Below are positions 51,528-64,000 of a stretch of 64,000 nucleotides of DNA, one piece after another. Within the stretch, counting starts at the first letter, position 1. The number at the start of each line of letters is the position of its first letter. Under the pieces are notes generated by a model that worked only from the letters and a program-made list of their open reading frames with translations, was not told where the DNA came from and made no database searches. The position numbers and the translations under genes were made by a program. Source of the DNA: Eledone cirrhosa (taxonomy: Eukaryota); NCBI GenBank assembly GCA_964016885.1, contig OZ024747.1:31558001-31622000 (forward strand), in the 5' to 3' direction.

Positions 51528-52446
51528 TCTCTATATATAAAACTGAGGATGCCTGTCTGTGTGTGTGTGAGTTTGAATCCCTAAAAAATTCCCCTTTTTG
51601 ATCCCCTAGGGCCCGCATTAGGTGAAAAACTGTGTTTTTAAAGATTTTTAGGGGTTCTTTGAGGCGTTACTACAGACCGATTTCCTTGAAATGTTAACTA
51701 TGTATTAGCCAGTCTCTTCTTCATACTGTAAGCAAAGAAAATCCAACTTTCTTATGGCCTAGGGGAAAAACTTCATTAGGTGAAAAACTTCATTTTTGCA
51801 GCTTCTTAGGGCTTTTTGGAGGCGTTACATCTAGCTGATTTTCCCGAAATTTCAAGGCATATTATGCACATGAAAAAAAAATCATTTTCTTGATCCCCTA
51901 GGGCCCGCATTAGGTGAAAACCTACATTTTTCCTGCTTCATTGAGTAAAATCTTAAAGATTATCCAGCCATCAGGGTATTTGGTTTATTTTCTTTACATA
52001 TTGTCCAGGCATGCAGTTTTCCACGATGTCTGTTGGCAGCCCGCATTCCAAAATACCTTCTCCCGTGCAACGCCGGGTACCACTGCTAGTCTATATATAT
52101 AAAACTGAGGATGTCTGTCTGTGTGTGTGTGAATTTGAATCCCTAAAACTCGAGAACCACCCAACTGACTGTTTTCAAACTTTACACATGTAAGGGAGTG
52201 TTCTGAGCAAAAGAAATTTCAAATTTTCAATGCCCTAGGGACCGCATTAGGCGATTTAGCGATCTCGCTCTATAATTCTTAGTCTTTCTCTTTTTAGATA
52301 GATACATACATATAACGTCACGCCCTTACAATATCTGTCTGTATGTCTGGCTGTCTGCATTACGTCACTTCCCTGAGGATGTCTGTGTGTGTGTGTGTGA
52401 GTTTGAATCCCTAAAGCTCGAGAAGTACGCCGGGTACCACTGCTAG
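51528..52446 (+). mobile_element. Two tandem non-autonomous Helitron-like elements (51528-52089, 52090-52446)
   Basis: 5' TC..TATATATAAAACTGAGGATG; 3' CGCCGGGTACCACTGCTAG; inserted between A and T, no TSD. Confidence 0.78.
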
Positions 52447-52647
52447 TTATATATAATAATAATAATAATAATTGTTTCTACTATTGGCACAAGGCCAGCA
52501 ATTACCCAGTATTACTGGTATTTTATTTTATCGACCCCGTAAGGATGAAAGGCAAAGTTAACCTCGGCGATATTTGAACACAGAATGGCAAGGGCCGTAC
52601 CTCTAATAATAATAATAATAATAATAATAATAGTAATAATAATAATA

Positions 52648-52863
52648 AGGCGCACTGGGGACTATCTCCAAAAGTTTCCAGGGATGATTAAAGAAAATCG
52701 GCCCCTTCACGCTTTTTGGAACGCTTCAAAAGGCATGCTTGCTTGGAACAGCAAGAACCCTCCGATACGTCCTGAATATCTGAGGCTGCAGGTAGTGGCT
52801 TGATATTCAATCCAACGGACTTTCCAGTTAACCAACATCAATGACTGAGATTCAAGGAATAAC

Positions 52864-52897
<34 letters not shown>

Positions 52898-52961
52898 TTC
52901 ATTTCAACAAACTTTCCAGTTAAATAGCATCAATGACTGAGACTCAAAGAACAATAATAAT
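52648..52961 (+). mobile_element. Dong family A 3' fragments (two stacked 3' ends) with (AAT)n tails
   Basis: GALGTIS...FGTLQKACLLGTARTLRYVLNI* and UTR matching 54857-55080. Confidence 0.85.
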
Positions 52962-53160
52962 GTTTTCTTTATTAACCACAAGGGTTTACATAAAGTAGAC
53001 ATTAAGGACAGTACAGGGCAACACAGGACGGTACAAATGGGTATTTCTGCGTGTAAAAAATAAAAAAAAAAATAAAAACAGAGGATGTAATAACAAATAA
53101 CAATGAAAAATTCACCAATAGGGGGGAGACTTCCGAGAGACATTTGTGGAGAAAGCCCAT
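52962..53160 (-). mobile_element. 5'-truncated copy (3' UTR only) of the Tx1 LINE, with 18-bp TSD
   Basis: Matches 42598-42784; TCAAAGAACAATAATAAT at 52944-52961 and 53161-53178. Confidence 0.9.
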
Positions 53161-53190
53161 TCAAAGAACAATAATAATAAGAATAATAAT

Positions 53191-55080
53191 ATAACATCCC
53201 TCCACCCGAAACTGACAACCATGTTCAATGACTGCTTGATGTCAGGTGAGGTACCAGAGTGGTTGACAAAAGGTACCACAGTTCTGGTAATGAAAGACCG
53301 AATCAAGGGTAATGATGTTACCAACTATAGACCTATCACATGTGTCCGTAATGTGGAAACTGTTAACAAGCATTGTGTCTGAGGAAATCTACCATCACCT
53401 CCACATAAACAACTTGTTACCGGACAAACAGAAAGGATGCCGAAAGAAGTCCCGTGGTACAAAGGACCAGTTACTTATTGATAAGATGGTAATGAGGAAT
53501 TGCAAGAGGAGACACACTGGTTTTGCCATGGGATGGATAGACTACAAAAAAGGCATTTGACATGGTACCTCATTCTTAGATCACCAAAAGCCTAGAGATC
53601 TTCAAGGTGGCAGATAACATCAGACAGTTGTTGAGCAAAAGTATTAAGTCCTGGGTAACAGAGTTAACATCAGCTGGAGAATCCTTGGGAGGCGTGAAGA
53701 TCAAGAGAGGTATCTTCCAGGGAGATAGTCTGTCCCCTCTGTTGTTTGTCCTTGCCCTGATGCCCCTGACCATTATACTGCGAAAAGTGAGAGCAGGATA
53801 CAAGTTGGGAAAGGGAGAGCTTACCATCAATCACCTCCTCTTCATGGACGATCTTAAACTTTTCAGGAAGAGTGAGAAGGAGTTGGATGTGCTTGTTGAC
53901 ACTGTCCGTATCTTCAGCAATGATATATGTATGCAATTAGTAAGTGTGGAGTCCTTGTGATGAAGAGGGGTAAATTGAGCAGAAGCAACGGAATCCAGGT
54001 ACCAACAGGTGAGAAGATGATAAAGGAAATTGACACCGAAGAAGGATACAAATATTTAGGTGTTCTGGATGACATCAAGAACAAAAAAATGAAGGAATTG
54101 ATAAGATCTGAGTACACAAACCTACACAAATACGTAACCGATAGTAGGGAGCCAATGCTCAGAATTGTACTGAAGGAGAGGACAATAGACCAGGGGATGT
54201 CAAAGGAGGAAATAACAACAAGGAGAAAGAGCAACCTTCATGAAAAATACCTTCATAGTACCTTCTTTGAGAAAACTGAATTCAGAGATCCACAGACATG
54301 GAACTGGTTGAAAAGAGACCTTAAAAAGGCTACAGAAGGAATGCTAATGGCTGCGCAAGTGCAAGCCCTCAAAACGAAGTGGCTGAAACACCATATTTAC
54401 AAGGAGGCTAGCCCACTGTGTAGGATCTGTGGAGAGAGAGAGGAGACTGTGGCTCACATTGTATCCAAGTGTAAACACCTAGCCCAGACTCACTATAAAG
54501 GCTGGTGACATGATGTGATGGGCAGGGTGATCCACTGGCACTTATGCAAAGTAAACAATTTACCACATTCTGAGAAGTGGTATGAGCATAAGCCAGAGTC
54601 GGTGATAGAAAACGATCAGGTGAAGGTGCTGTGGGATTTTAGGATACAGACAGACAAGAAGCTGGAACACAATAGACCTGACCTGGTGGTTTTGGACAAG
54701 GAAAAAAGATTCTGCCTGATTGTGGATGTAGCCTGCCCATTCGACACGAGAGTGCAAGAGAAGGAGAGGGAGAAAATTAACCGATACCAGGACTTAAAGT
54801 GGGAGGTAAAAAGGATTTGGAACTGCCATGAAGTCAAAGTGGTCCCGATTGTCATAGGTGCACTAGGTACTATCTCAAAGAGTTTCCAAGGATGGTTAAA
54901 GAAGAGTAGTCCAGCCCCGCTTTTTGGAACACTTCAAAAGGCATGCTTGCTGGGAACAGAAAGAACCCTCCGATACGTCCTGAATATCTGAGGCTGCAGG
55001 TAATGGCTTGATATTCATTTCAACAAACTTTCCAGTTAAATAACATGACTGAGACGCAAAGAATAATAATAATAATAATA
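53191..55080 (+). mobile_element. R4/Dong-clade LINE family A, 5'-truncated (RT, CCHC, REL endonuclease)
   Basis: FQGDSLSPL, HLLFMDDLKL, YKYLG, CRIC...ETVAHIVSKC, NRPDLVV...EK..RYQDL; (AAT)n on both sides. Confidence 0.92.
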
Positions 55081-55204
55081 CAAGGACGGTTTGTTCAGCC
55101 TTCAATATGTATAGATGGATTGGCAGTATTGGTAGAGGGTCGGACGCCATGTTTTGACGCATAGAATTATGGCGCTTGCCTTTCTGAGTAGAAACAATTA
55201 TGTA

Positions 55205-56977
55205 TATTGATTGGTGACATGCGTTTCGCTATTGACCAGCTCAAGGTTTATTCTGTATTGATCTGGCTCGACTCTGGAATCAAAAGCTTGTTGGACTTCT
55301 GCTGTGGTAATGACAGAATGAACATATAAAACATAGAAATGTCTGTAATGTTTCACATTCATATGGTGGTCAGTTTATGTTGTTTTGATTGGTGGTTTAG
55401 CTATGAGGAATGGTTTGGCATGCGTGATAGGTGGGGGCAGAGATGCTGTGTGTGGTGTGGAAGGGCTGTGTGTGATGGGACATGAAAGAATGTGGTGTTG
55501 TACTAGGGGTAGGGGGTTTCTACTAGTTTGTCACGGAAGAGTGAGTGGAAAGGAAGGAGGAGAAACATAATGGAGGTAGGTTATACTAGATTGGGATGGG
55601 GGCTTATTTGTAAGCTGTTTAAACATCGTTAAAGGGGATTAGGACAATAAAGAATTAATGAGGTAAAGAAGATGGTATGAGGTTAGTATTTGAAAATATA
55701 TATAACAAGAATTAATGAAATGATGAATTATGGTATGAGGTTAGTGTTTGAAAAGACTATAAACAAATTTTTGAAAAGGTTGCTAAAACACTGTGTGTAG
55801 AGGCAAGATATCGGTGCGGTGCATATTGTGTAGAAAAACGGAATATAAATATACATGTGTACACACACACCCAGATACATACGCACATGCATGCACATCC
55901 ACACATGCATCAATGTAAATATATATACACGCATGCATCACTCCACACACACACATATGCAGAGGTTACATGGAGACACGTGCAAACATTACTAGATACA
56001 TTTGCTCAAGGAGGGACATATGGAATGCCCATATTGTCATCCATACTATCAAAATGAGCTCACATACGTATCATACGAATTATAGGTATTTTCGGTCACC
56101 CCGTACCATGCACACATCGTACATATATCTGCATCTCCGCATACGTGCACGCTAATGAGATATGCGTGCTCATAGTCTTGGGGTCCATACGGCTATATTG
56201 CCATGCAGGGGTGCAGGCAAACACACATACATACACATACATATATATATATTTATATCTATATGTATCGAAATCTGTCCGCGCCTTGAACTTTGGGTGA
56301 TACCTAGTGATCAAATTTTAGGTCACCACATTTATTGTTAACAAGTTCAGATTGGGGGACAGGAAGTGTCAGCTATATATAGACCCTGTATCAAGCTATT
56401 CCACACAGAGACATTGAAGCGATAGGATATGCAACTAAATATGTAAGGATTTACTGCTATCAATAGACCTCCAGTGGTCTACAGCCAGAGACATCAGAGC
56501 ACCCCACTACAGAACAAGCTATGTAAAGGTTCACCACTATTTAACAGACCCCATGAAGTCTACAGATACACCCAGAGTGATTGGAACCCTGCTATACAGA
56601 ACACAAATGTGGAAGATTCACCGTTGTATGCAGTTCACGGTATTTCTCAGTTACTACAGACCTTTCAGATATATACATACCATACTCTCTTACACAACAC
56701 GGTCTAACAACTATTACCACAAATTCCAACAACAATTATCTGTAACTCGCTGCTTTAACAACAACAGACTACAGCAGCCTCACATCAACAACAAAATAAT
56801 ATTGTCAATCTTTGCAACTTATGGAAACTTGTTTATTGTACCTTTTAATTCACGTGAAGTAAACTATATATAACCAAAATCAATTATTCTTAATATTCTT
56901 CATATTATTGTTATTACATTTAACAATCTTGTTATTATCACATATATAATCATTATAATTTTTAACATACCCTTCGT

Positions 56978-57041
<64 letters not shown>

Positions 57042-59740
57042 TACATACATATACATATGCATACATACACAAAACACGCGTGAATGTACGTGCTGAGCAG
57101 TGCATCTTGATACTATTGCGTGGGATTAAATGGCGGTAGAAAAAATATGAGAGGAGTGAAAGTGAGGTGGAGAATACATGTGATGTTAAATAATGGTGGT
57201 GAAATTAGTGATAAAATCAATTGTGGTGATGTGTATGATGCTGGTGGTTTGTGTGTGCCTCAAGGGTATACGGTATGTGTTGTTGTGGTTGTGAATGATG
57301 GATACATGGTGATATGTTAGTGGTGGGGGACATGATAAAGGATGCAATATAATATTAACAGGAATAAAAATAAAGTTTAAAAAGGTAATAGTGGTAATGA
57401 ATGTAATAATGGTAAAGGGGACGATATTAAAATTGATGATATATGAATAATAGTGGAAGTTATTCCAATTTTGTGTTTAGGTGGTTATGTTTTGTCCGTG
57501 GTTCCTGCCCGAATACCACGGCGGAGAATGTATGCTTCCTGGTGTGTCTGTAGTTTATTAGGATTTCCGATCTCAAGTTTATGACCGATTCAGCCAGGCA
57601 CAACCTGCGGGGGCTTCTCTCGGTAGGAATTTGGGCCATGTGTCTCCTAACAGACCATTTGATCTGGTAAATCAGGTTCTTAATCTTGAGGTCCCAGATC
57701 AAATCTGCCAGTCTGGTTTGGGAGCGTTTAAATCTGTGGTTGAAGGAGCTTCTTTGGTTATAAATTCGCTCCTATATAGGCGTATTCATTTCGTCCAGCC
57801 ATGACATTGCATGGGTACACAATGTTCCTGATGAGGCACTCCCCACTCAGTGGGCATTCCTCCGGCTTTTTGCAGTTGTAGCTGGGGGCTATTGCATTGT
57901 TGTTGCTGGTTGGTCAGATTTTGGTTGGAGTTAGCATGTAGTTGAGTGTTGTAATGTATTATCAATGTGGTTGTTATTTTGTGCTATGTTAGCGGTTGCT
58001 TAAGGTGCTTGCATATGTTTGGGTATTTTGGTCCTATTAGTGTATGCTAGATTGGGTGTTGTGGAGAATGAGGCTTTTACTGTGTGTCTGTTAAAGAGCT
58101 TATGGAAAGAATTGGTCAAGGGACCTGAAGAACGTCCCTTGTACATTGGTAGCAACGTGTATCGAGTACGGGAAGTTGTACCCTGTCACGGATGTTTAGT
58201 GTGGTTGCTGTAGTTTTGTGTGTGTGTGGGTGTGTTGTGGTGGTCAGGCATATTTGTCTTATGGGCTCTGGTTTGGTTTGTACCATTTAATCTTTGGTCC
58301 CTATTAAAATGTATTTATGTGCTAGGCTTCGAGTCGTTAGGGGGCTAGGAAGGTATGGCATTACATCCTTGGCAGTGGTATGTGTCATTGCCTGTGCTGT
58401 CGGCTAGAGGTGGTCCTTTCATGTTAGTTACTCTAGGCGGGGGTGACGTTATTGTCAATATGTGTTGCTAAAAGTCTATGTAGATTGTGAAACGTTGTGC
58501 TGCTGGTCTGCTTGTTATATGGGATTTTATCTTTATATCCAGCCTTTTTTAGTGCAGAGTTGTAGTATTCAGCATGCTGGTTGAAGATAGCCTTATTAAC
58601 CCACAGGATGGACACTCTGTTATAAACACTCTTAACTATAGAGTTAATTATGTTCTTAGGGTGATTGGAGTGTCTATTAACATACATTAAGTTCTCATTA
58701 GCTTTATAGTATGGGCGGTACAAACCTGTGTCTAATTCTAATGTCACGTCTAAGAAATTCACTGTCCTATTGTTGCGTTCTATTTCTACTGTCAGGCCAT
58801 GGGTCCTAAAGAAGTACCTAAGTTGTTTATGAAGTCTTTTTAGTGGGCCATGAACAGAGCATCGTCTCTGTACAGTCCCCCGCAGAGTGTTGTCTCTGTA
58901 CAATCCCCCGCCTATGCTAGGGATCTCATCCGTTATTTTACAAAGGAGGTACAATATGACAACCTCAGTAATTTAGGTGGAGTCACTCGAACCCATTGTA
59001 ACGTCAAAGCTGTCTGGTCTATTTTGTCTCTCCCATAATTTACAATACGCACCACACCGATATCTTGCCTTTACCCTCAGTTATTTTAACAACCTTTGCC
59101 AAAAAATGTTTATAGTCTTTTCAAACACTAACCTCATACCATAATTCATAATTTCATTAATTCTTGTTATATATATTTTCAAATACTAACCTCATACCAT
59201 TTTCTTTACTTCATTAATTCTTTATTGTCCTAATCCCCTTTAACGATGTTTAAACAGCTTACAAATAAGCTCCACCCCAATCTAGTATAACCTACCTCCA
59301 TTATGTCTCTCCTCCTTCCTTTCCACTCACTCTTCCGTGACAAACTAGTAGAAACCCCCTACCCCTAGTACAACACCACATTCTTTCATGTCCCATCACA
59401 CACAGCCCTTCCACACCCACACCACACACAGCATCTCCGCCTCCACCTATCACACATGTCAAACCATTCCTCATAGCTAAACCACCAATCAAAACATCAT
59501 TACCACAGCAGAGGTCCGGCGAGCTTTTGATTCCAGAGTCGGGCCAGATCAATAAAGATCGAATCTTGATCAGATCAATAGCGAAACACGCATCACCAAT
59601 CAATATACGTAATGAAGGCTTAACAAATCATCCTTGTATTATCATATTTATACTCTGATTAGCTGTACACCTCGTTACTGACATCGAGTGCTCACTTGGG
59701 TGAACCTACAGTAACTTCCCGTTACACTCTTTGGATATAT
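55205..59740 (-). mobile_element. Penelope-like element (RT + GIY-YIG remnants) with ~570-bp inverted pLTRs
   Basis: RT 58433-58954 GGLYRD, VNFLDVTLEL, HSNHP; GIY-YIG region CPLSGECLIRNIVY...AYIG near 57780-57880; 55205-55825 is the reverse complement of 59047-59607. Confidence 0.85.
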
Positions 59741-59790
59741 ATAGGGGTGTAGGACACCTCGGTTATTTTTCATTTTGTAAAAAAAATCTC

Positions 59791-59886
<96 letters not shown>

Positions 59887-60687
59887 ATGTGAGTACACAT
59901 GCACACTTATACACACACATGGTGGCTGCCAACTCGTTTTCAAGTACGGCCACTACTTTATATCCATATAGGAGAACCCCTACTGATGCGCTGAACGCGT
60001 GTGATTTTTGGTCCAGCCAGCGACTTGAAAACTCTGGTATAAACACTACACTTGTGACAATTATTGACACATAGTGCTGGGCCCATGGTACCATGTGACG
60101 ACAATATACACACACACATATATATATATACATACATAGATATTCTAAAACAAGTAGACAACGGGAAATAATACTACTAATAATAAAGATGATTGAAGAA
60201 AATGTTCTCAACACAAAATATACAATGCATGATGTGAAAATGTAAACTATTGTATCAATAATTCATTTAGGAAATTTAAATATGTAAATGCAATCAATGA
60301 GCATGTATATGTATGTGTATCTTTATAAATTGAAGAAGAATCCATGTGTTTTATAGGATATTTCAATATAACAATCTTTCCAGCGAAACCCATTATTTGG
60401 TTATATTTGTTGATCTGCCAAGAGTTATTTGTGTTTGGGTATGAGATAGATTGACGTTGATTTGGACATGCAAATCAAAATAATCTCTGTTGTAAAATGG
60501 CTGTAGAAAGGAGCTTGGTTACAAAATATCAAATGAAGCATAAGTTAGGCCTCTTGAACCTCACATACAGGAACAGATTTATTGGCGGCAATGCCCTACT
60601 GCTTACACTCAATCAAACAGCTCCCACCCTCCACTCTGAACAGGGCCTCTTCTTCTTCTTCCTTCCCTCTTTCTTCCTGTTTATGTG

Positions 60688-60778
<91 letters not shown>

Positions 60779-61781
60779 TTTGAACAATGAAAATAAAATA
60801 AAAGTCAGATGTAGTTGTTAAGAGTACTTTGCTGCTTCACAATCGTTTCAGAGGACAGATTGATCATGGTAAATTGAATGATCGAACACCAGGTAGTGGT
60901 TGGTTATATCATCACCTATTTTTAGTGCCAATATTCAAGATTAATCACTCCATCTGAAGCCCTGAATGCATTACCCTCATGAATCTACCAATACAACACT
61001 ACACTGAATTCTATCAACATTATTTTCCTCACCTTAAATCGCTGTATACCAATTGTATACACACACACACTCACACACATTTGTGTGTGTGTTGTTATAT
61101 TAGGAGCCCACCACAACTGAACTACCTCCCTCCCCACTAGGTCCTGTTCACATATGTTGTGACACAGATGTGAGACACATCAAGAAAAGTTTTATCTATT
61201 TAGGCATATCTGCCTACAATCTTCAACTGATCATATTGCTAGTACTTTGTAATAGTTGAACCTTGGGTGATCTAATGAGGGAGCTTCTAGGGATTGTATA
61301 TCCTTTCTTTTCAGAGCCTCCAAAAGACTGGTTATAGGGGGAAGGTATCTTCAAACTGGATTATTTAAACAGAATTAAAAGGCATTAAAGCAAGATGGTG
61401 GTGTGAAACTGTGTAGTGTCTTATATAGTGGTGTTAAACAGGGTGCTGTATTATGTCTACTACCAAAATAGTCTACAGCAGGATTTGAACTCACAACACA
61501 AAGAGCCAGAACAAATATTGAAAGGAAACCCATTTAACAACCAGACTAACTTATAATTCCACCAATCTACTACCCTGAATTGGTACTTTATTTTATCAAA
61601 CATGAAAAGATAAAATGCAAAGTGGATGTCCTGGTAAAAACAGAAATCAAATCTCCCTCAAACCACACCTAGTCATCTTAAAAATAAAAGGACTTATTGA
61701 ATAACATGATAGTCAAGGATACACTGATAATTATCTTATTATAGGAGTCGTGGTTTGAAGTCGTGGTTTGAAGTCCTTTAA

Positions 61782-62050
61782 CCATTTAGCATTTAAACCG
61801 GCCGTATCCGGCCAGAACTCTTTCACCTCTTTCCGTTCAAACTCGCTATAACTGGCCACTTCTACTGACGTTAAGTTATTGTTTTCAATATCAAAATGTC
61901 ATAGATCAAAATGTCAACATCAAAATGTCATAGATCAAAATGTCAACATCAAAATGTCATAGATTCAATATTATTTGAGATAATTATATAAGATAAAGCC
62001 TTTACCACGAAAATACAATAGTATATATAGAGTAATGTAATGCTAAAGGG
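61782..62050. mobile_element. piggyBac-like MITE with TTAA TSD
   Basis: TTAA|CCATTTAGCATT...AATGCTAAAGGG|TTAA; internal ATCAAAATGTCA repeats. Confidence 0.8.
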
Positions 62051-63091
62051 TTAATCAGAGGCTTGCTTGATCAGAGCTGCGCTGTCAATAAACAACTACT
62101 GAAAATCATGTCCTTTCTCCTTTATTAATTTATATTAGGAATACAAATCCAGTTGGAGTTGTCATTCGTTTTAACCTCTTTCATGTTTTAACATGAAAGA
62201 AGTTACAAAAAGTACTAGTCAACTATTCCACTTGTTTAAACAATATGTGTCCTTGTCCTAATCTAACAAGTTATTTTTAAATAGACATCATCAAAGGTAA
62301 ATGCTTTAGCTCCTTTCTCTGTTGGTTCCACTTTAGCTACATTCTTCACTCTTTCATTTATATACTTCATTCAACATCTCCACTTGAGATGATGCTAGAC
62401 AACCAGTGGTAACATCTATTGAAGTCTCCTTTGTCAATAAGAGAGCCTCTATATGTTAATTTGACCTGCAAGAAATAGTAATAAAATCTAACTCCAATTA
62501 TTCCCTTTTGTCTTAGAAAATACACATGAAATAATGTAGTCCAAGGAGAACACTTTATAAAAAGGTGTAAGTTGGTCATAATTGATCAGGACTGACATGG
62601 GGTTAAACAACAACAACAATCTATTGAAGTTCAAGTACTAATGTTTTCTCTTTGATCTTGTTAAGCTGGGTTAAAATAGAATTATGTGTCCTTTCAAGAG
62701 ACATTAAAATGCCTGCAGCCAGCGAGCCATGAACAATGAATAAGAATAAGAAATGAAAATGGATCTAATAGTATGTAAGGTCTTAAAATGGATAATGGCT
62801 AGCTTTAGTTTTAAGGGTATTAGAAATAAATGTCATCTTAGATACGATGTCAGATAAATATCGGTACAACCATGCTCCAATGAAGAAATTATTATATTTT
62901 TGAAATTTGTAATGAGCGGAATTTGCTATTAACAAGCTACTCATAGGCGAGGTTCATAATCAGATTTTAATTAATAGTTGGAGTTAATTCCTTTCATTTA
63001 AGTCTTTAATTAATTTGGGAAAATTCTCATTTCTCACTGTTCAATTATTTCCTTTCCTATTCTGATGTTATCGTCAAAAATCTGTGTCTAG

Positions 63092-63299
63092 CCCTTTAAC
63101 GTTCAAACCGGCCAAAACCAGCCAGAATTCTCTACCTTTTTCTGTTGAAACTGGCTGTAACTGGTCGCTCAAAACTGATGTTAAGGTATTGTTCTCAAAA
63201 TAAATACTTTCAAAATCTCATAAATTCAATATTATGTGAGATAAAGCATTTATCATGAAAATATAATAGTATATATAGAGTAATGTGAATGCTAAAGGG
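63092..63299. mobile_element. Second copy of the piggyBac-like MITE
   Basis: CTAG|CCCTTTAACGTT...AATGCTAAAGGG|TTAG; body aligns with 61782-62050. Confidence 0.75.
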
Positions 63300-63355
63300 T
63301 TAGAGGATAATGTAGAGGAAAAATTATGATTATTATATTTCCTTATTTTCTGCAG

Positions 63356-63595
63356 AAAGATATCAAGATATAAGAAAGTTCTTGGAAAAAGTCTAATAAC
63401 AACTTGTGATATGTACCGATATGAAAATAAGCTAACCCCACTATTTTATGTCTGAGAAAAGGGCACAAATCCAAACTCTATTTATGTAGAATTTGAAGTT
63501 ACAGAAAATCATCAAAATATTGACCCCAAATATAAGCCACCTGCTTCTACCATTTTTTGGTCACTTATTCCTTGGCTTATATTTGAGTATATATG
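63356..63595 (+). other. Candidate 240-bp exon
   Basis: Acceptor tttccttattttctgcag, donor ATG|gtaagt; unique sequence; one frame is open except for a single TGA. Confidence 0.45.
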
Positions 63596-64000
63596 GTAAG
63601 TGAAGCAAGGCATATAGAATTAAGTATACAGTTAATGTATGTAAAGTAGATGGCTACATTGATAGAGTAATAAAAAGGCAGCTGCAAGGTCAATGTTTTG
63701 TCCATGGTTAAGACTCTCACCCATCAATGGCACAATACACCTAGGTAAGTACAGCAAGCCATCATCATCATCAGGTACCATCTGCACTCAGCAGCTTGAA
63801 TAGCATGTGTTACTGTCTTGGACTTTTTTATGCTGTCCTTAGCAGCTGGAAGGAATCAACACAACAAGAACCCAGAACTCATTTGCTTTCCGAGTGGGCT
63901 GGGGCTCATCATATCAGACCAAATAAACAATGTTTCTGTTAGTCTTTCCAATTGCTGATACTAACCACCAGTTGCAAATCCTGGCAAAATGAGTAATGGG

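Noticed and set aside
62367-62465. Minus-strand acceptor tttcttgcag followed by VKLTYRGSLIDKGDFNRCYHWLSSIISSGDVE*
   Set aside because: Only one splice signal, and no recognisable protein.

Overview
AT-rich, microsatellite-dense metazoan DNA, most likely an octopod cephalopod (inferred from the tRNA-derived SINEs, the RTE/Penelope content and abundant (TA)n, (CA)n, (AAT)n and (GAT)n). It is almost entirely transposon-derived intronic/intergenic sequence, with no intact host gene. Main elements: a near-full-length L1/Tx1-clade LINE (42598-48594, -); R4/Dong-type REL LINEs; many 5'-truncated RTE LINEs carrying a PHD-like finger; a BovB-like RTE; several Penelope-like elements (PLEs) with inverted pseudo-LTRs; a Chapaev3-like DNA transposon; tandem Helitron-like elements; piggyBac- and hAT-like MITEs; two SINE families. 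Host signals are limited to a CpG-rich promoter-like segment near 40.7 kb and a few candidate exons. Two signals stand out. (1) An (ATT)n-targeting system: the Tx1 LINE and one SINE family share a 3' end motif, orientation, an 18-bp TSD and the target prefix ATTATTATTGT, while Dong elements use the same microsatellite in the opposite orientation. (2) About 13 minimal hammerhead ribozyme motifs plus variants in PLE ends, often as inverted pairs in ORF-less hairpin elements. Boundaries and family names were read by eye and are approximate.
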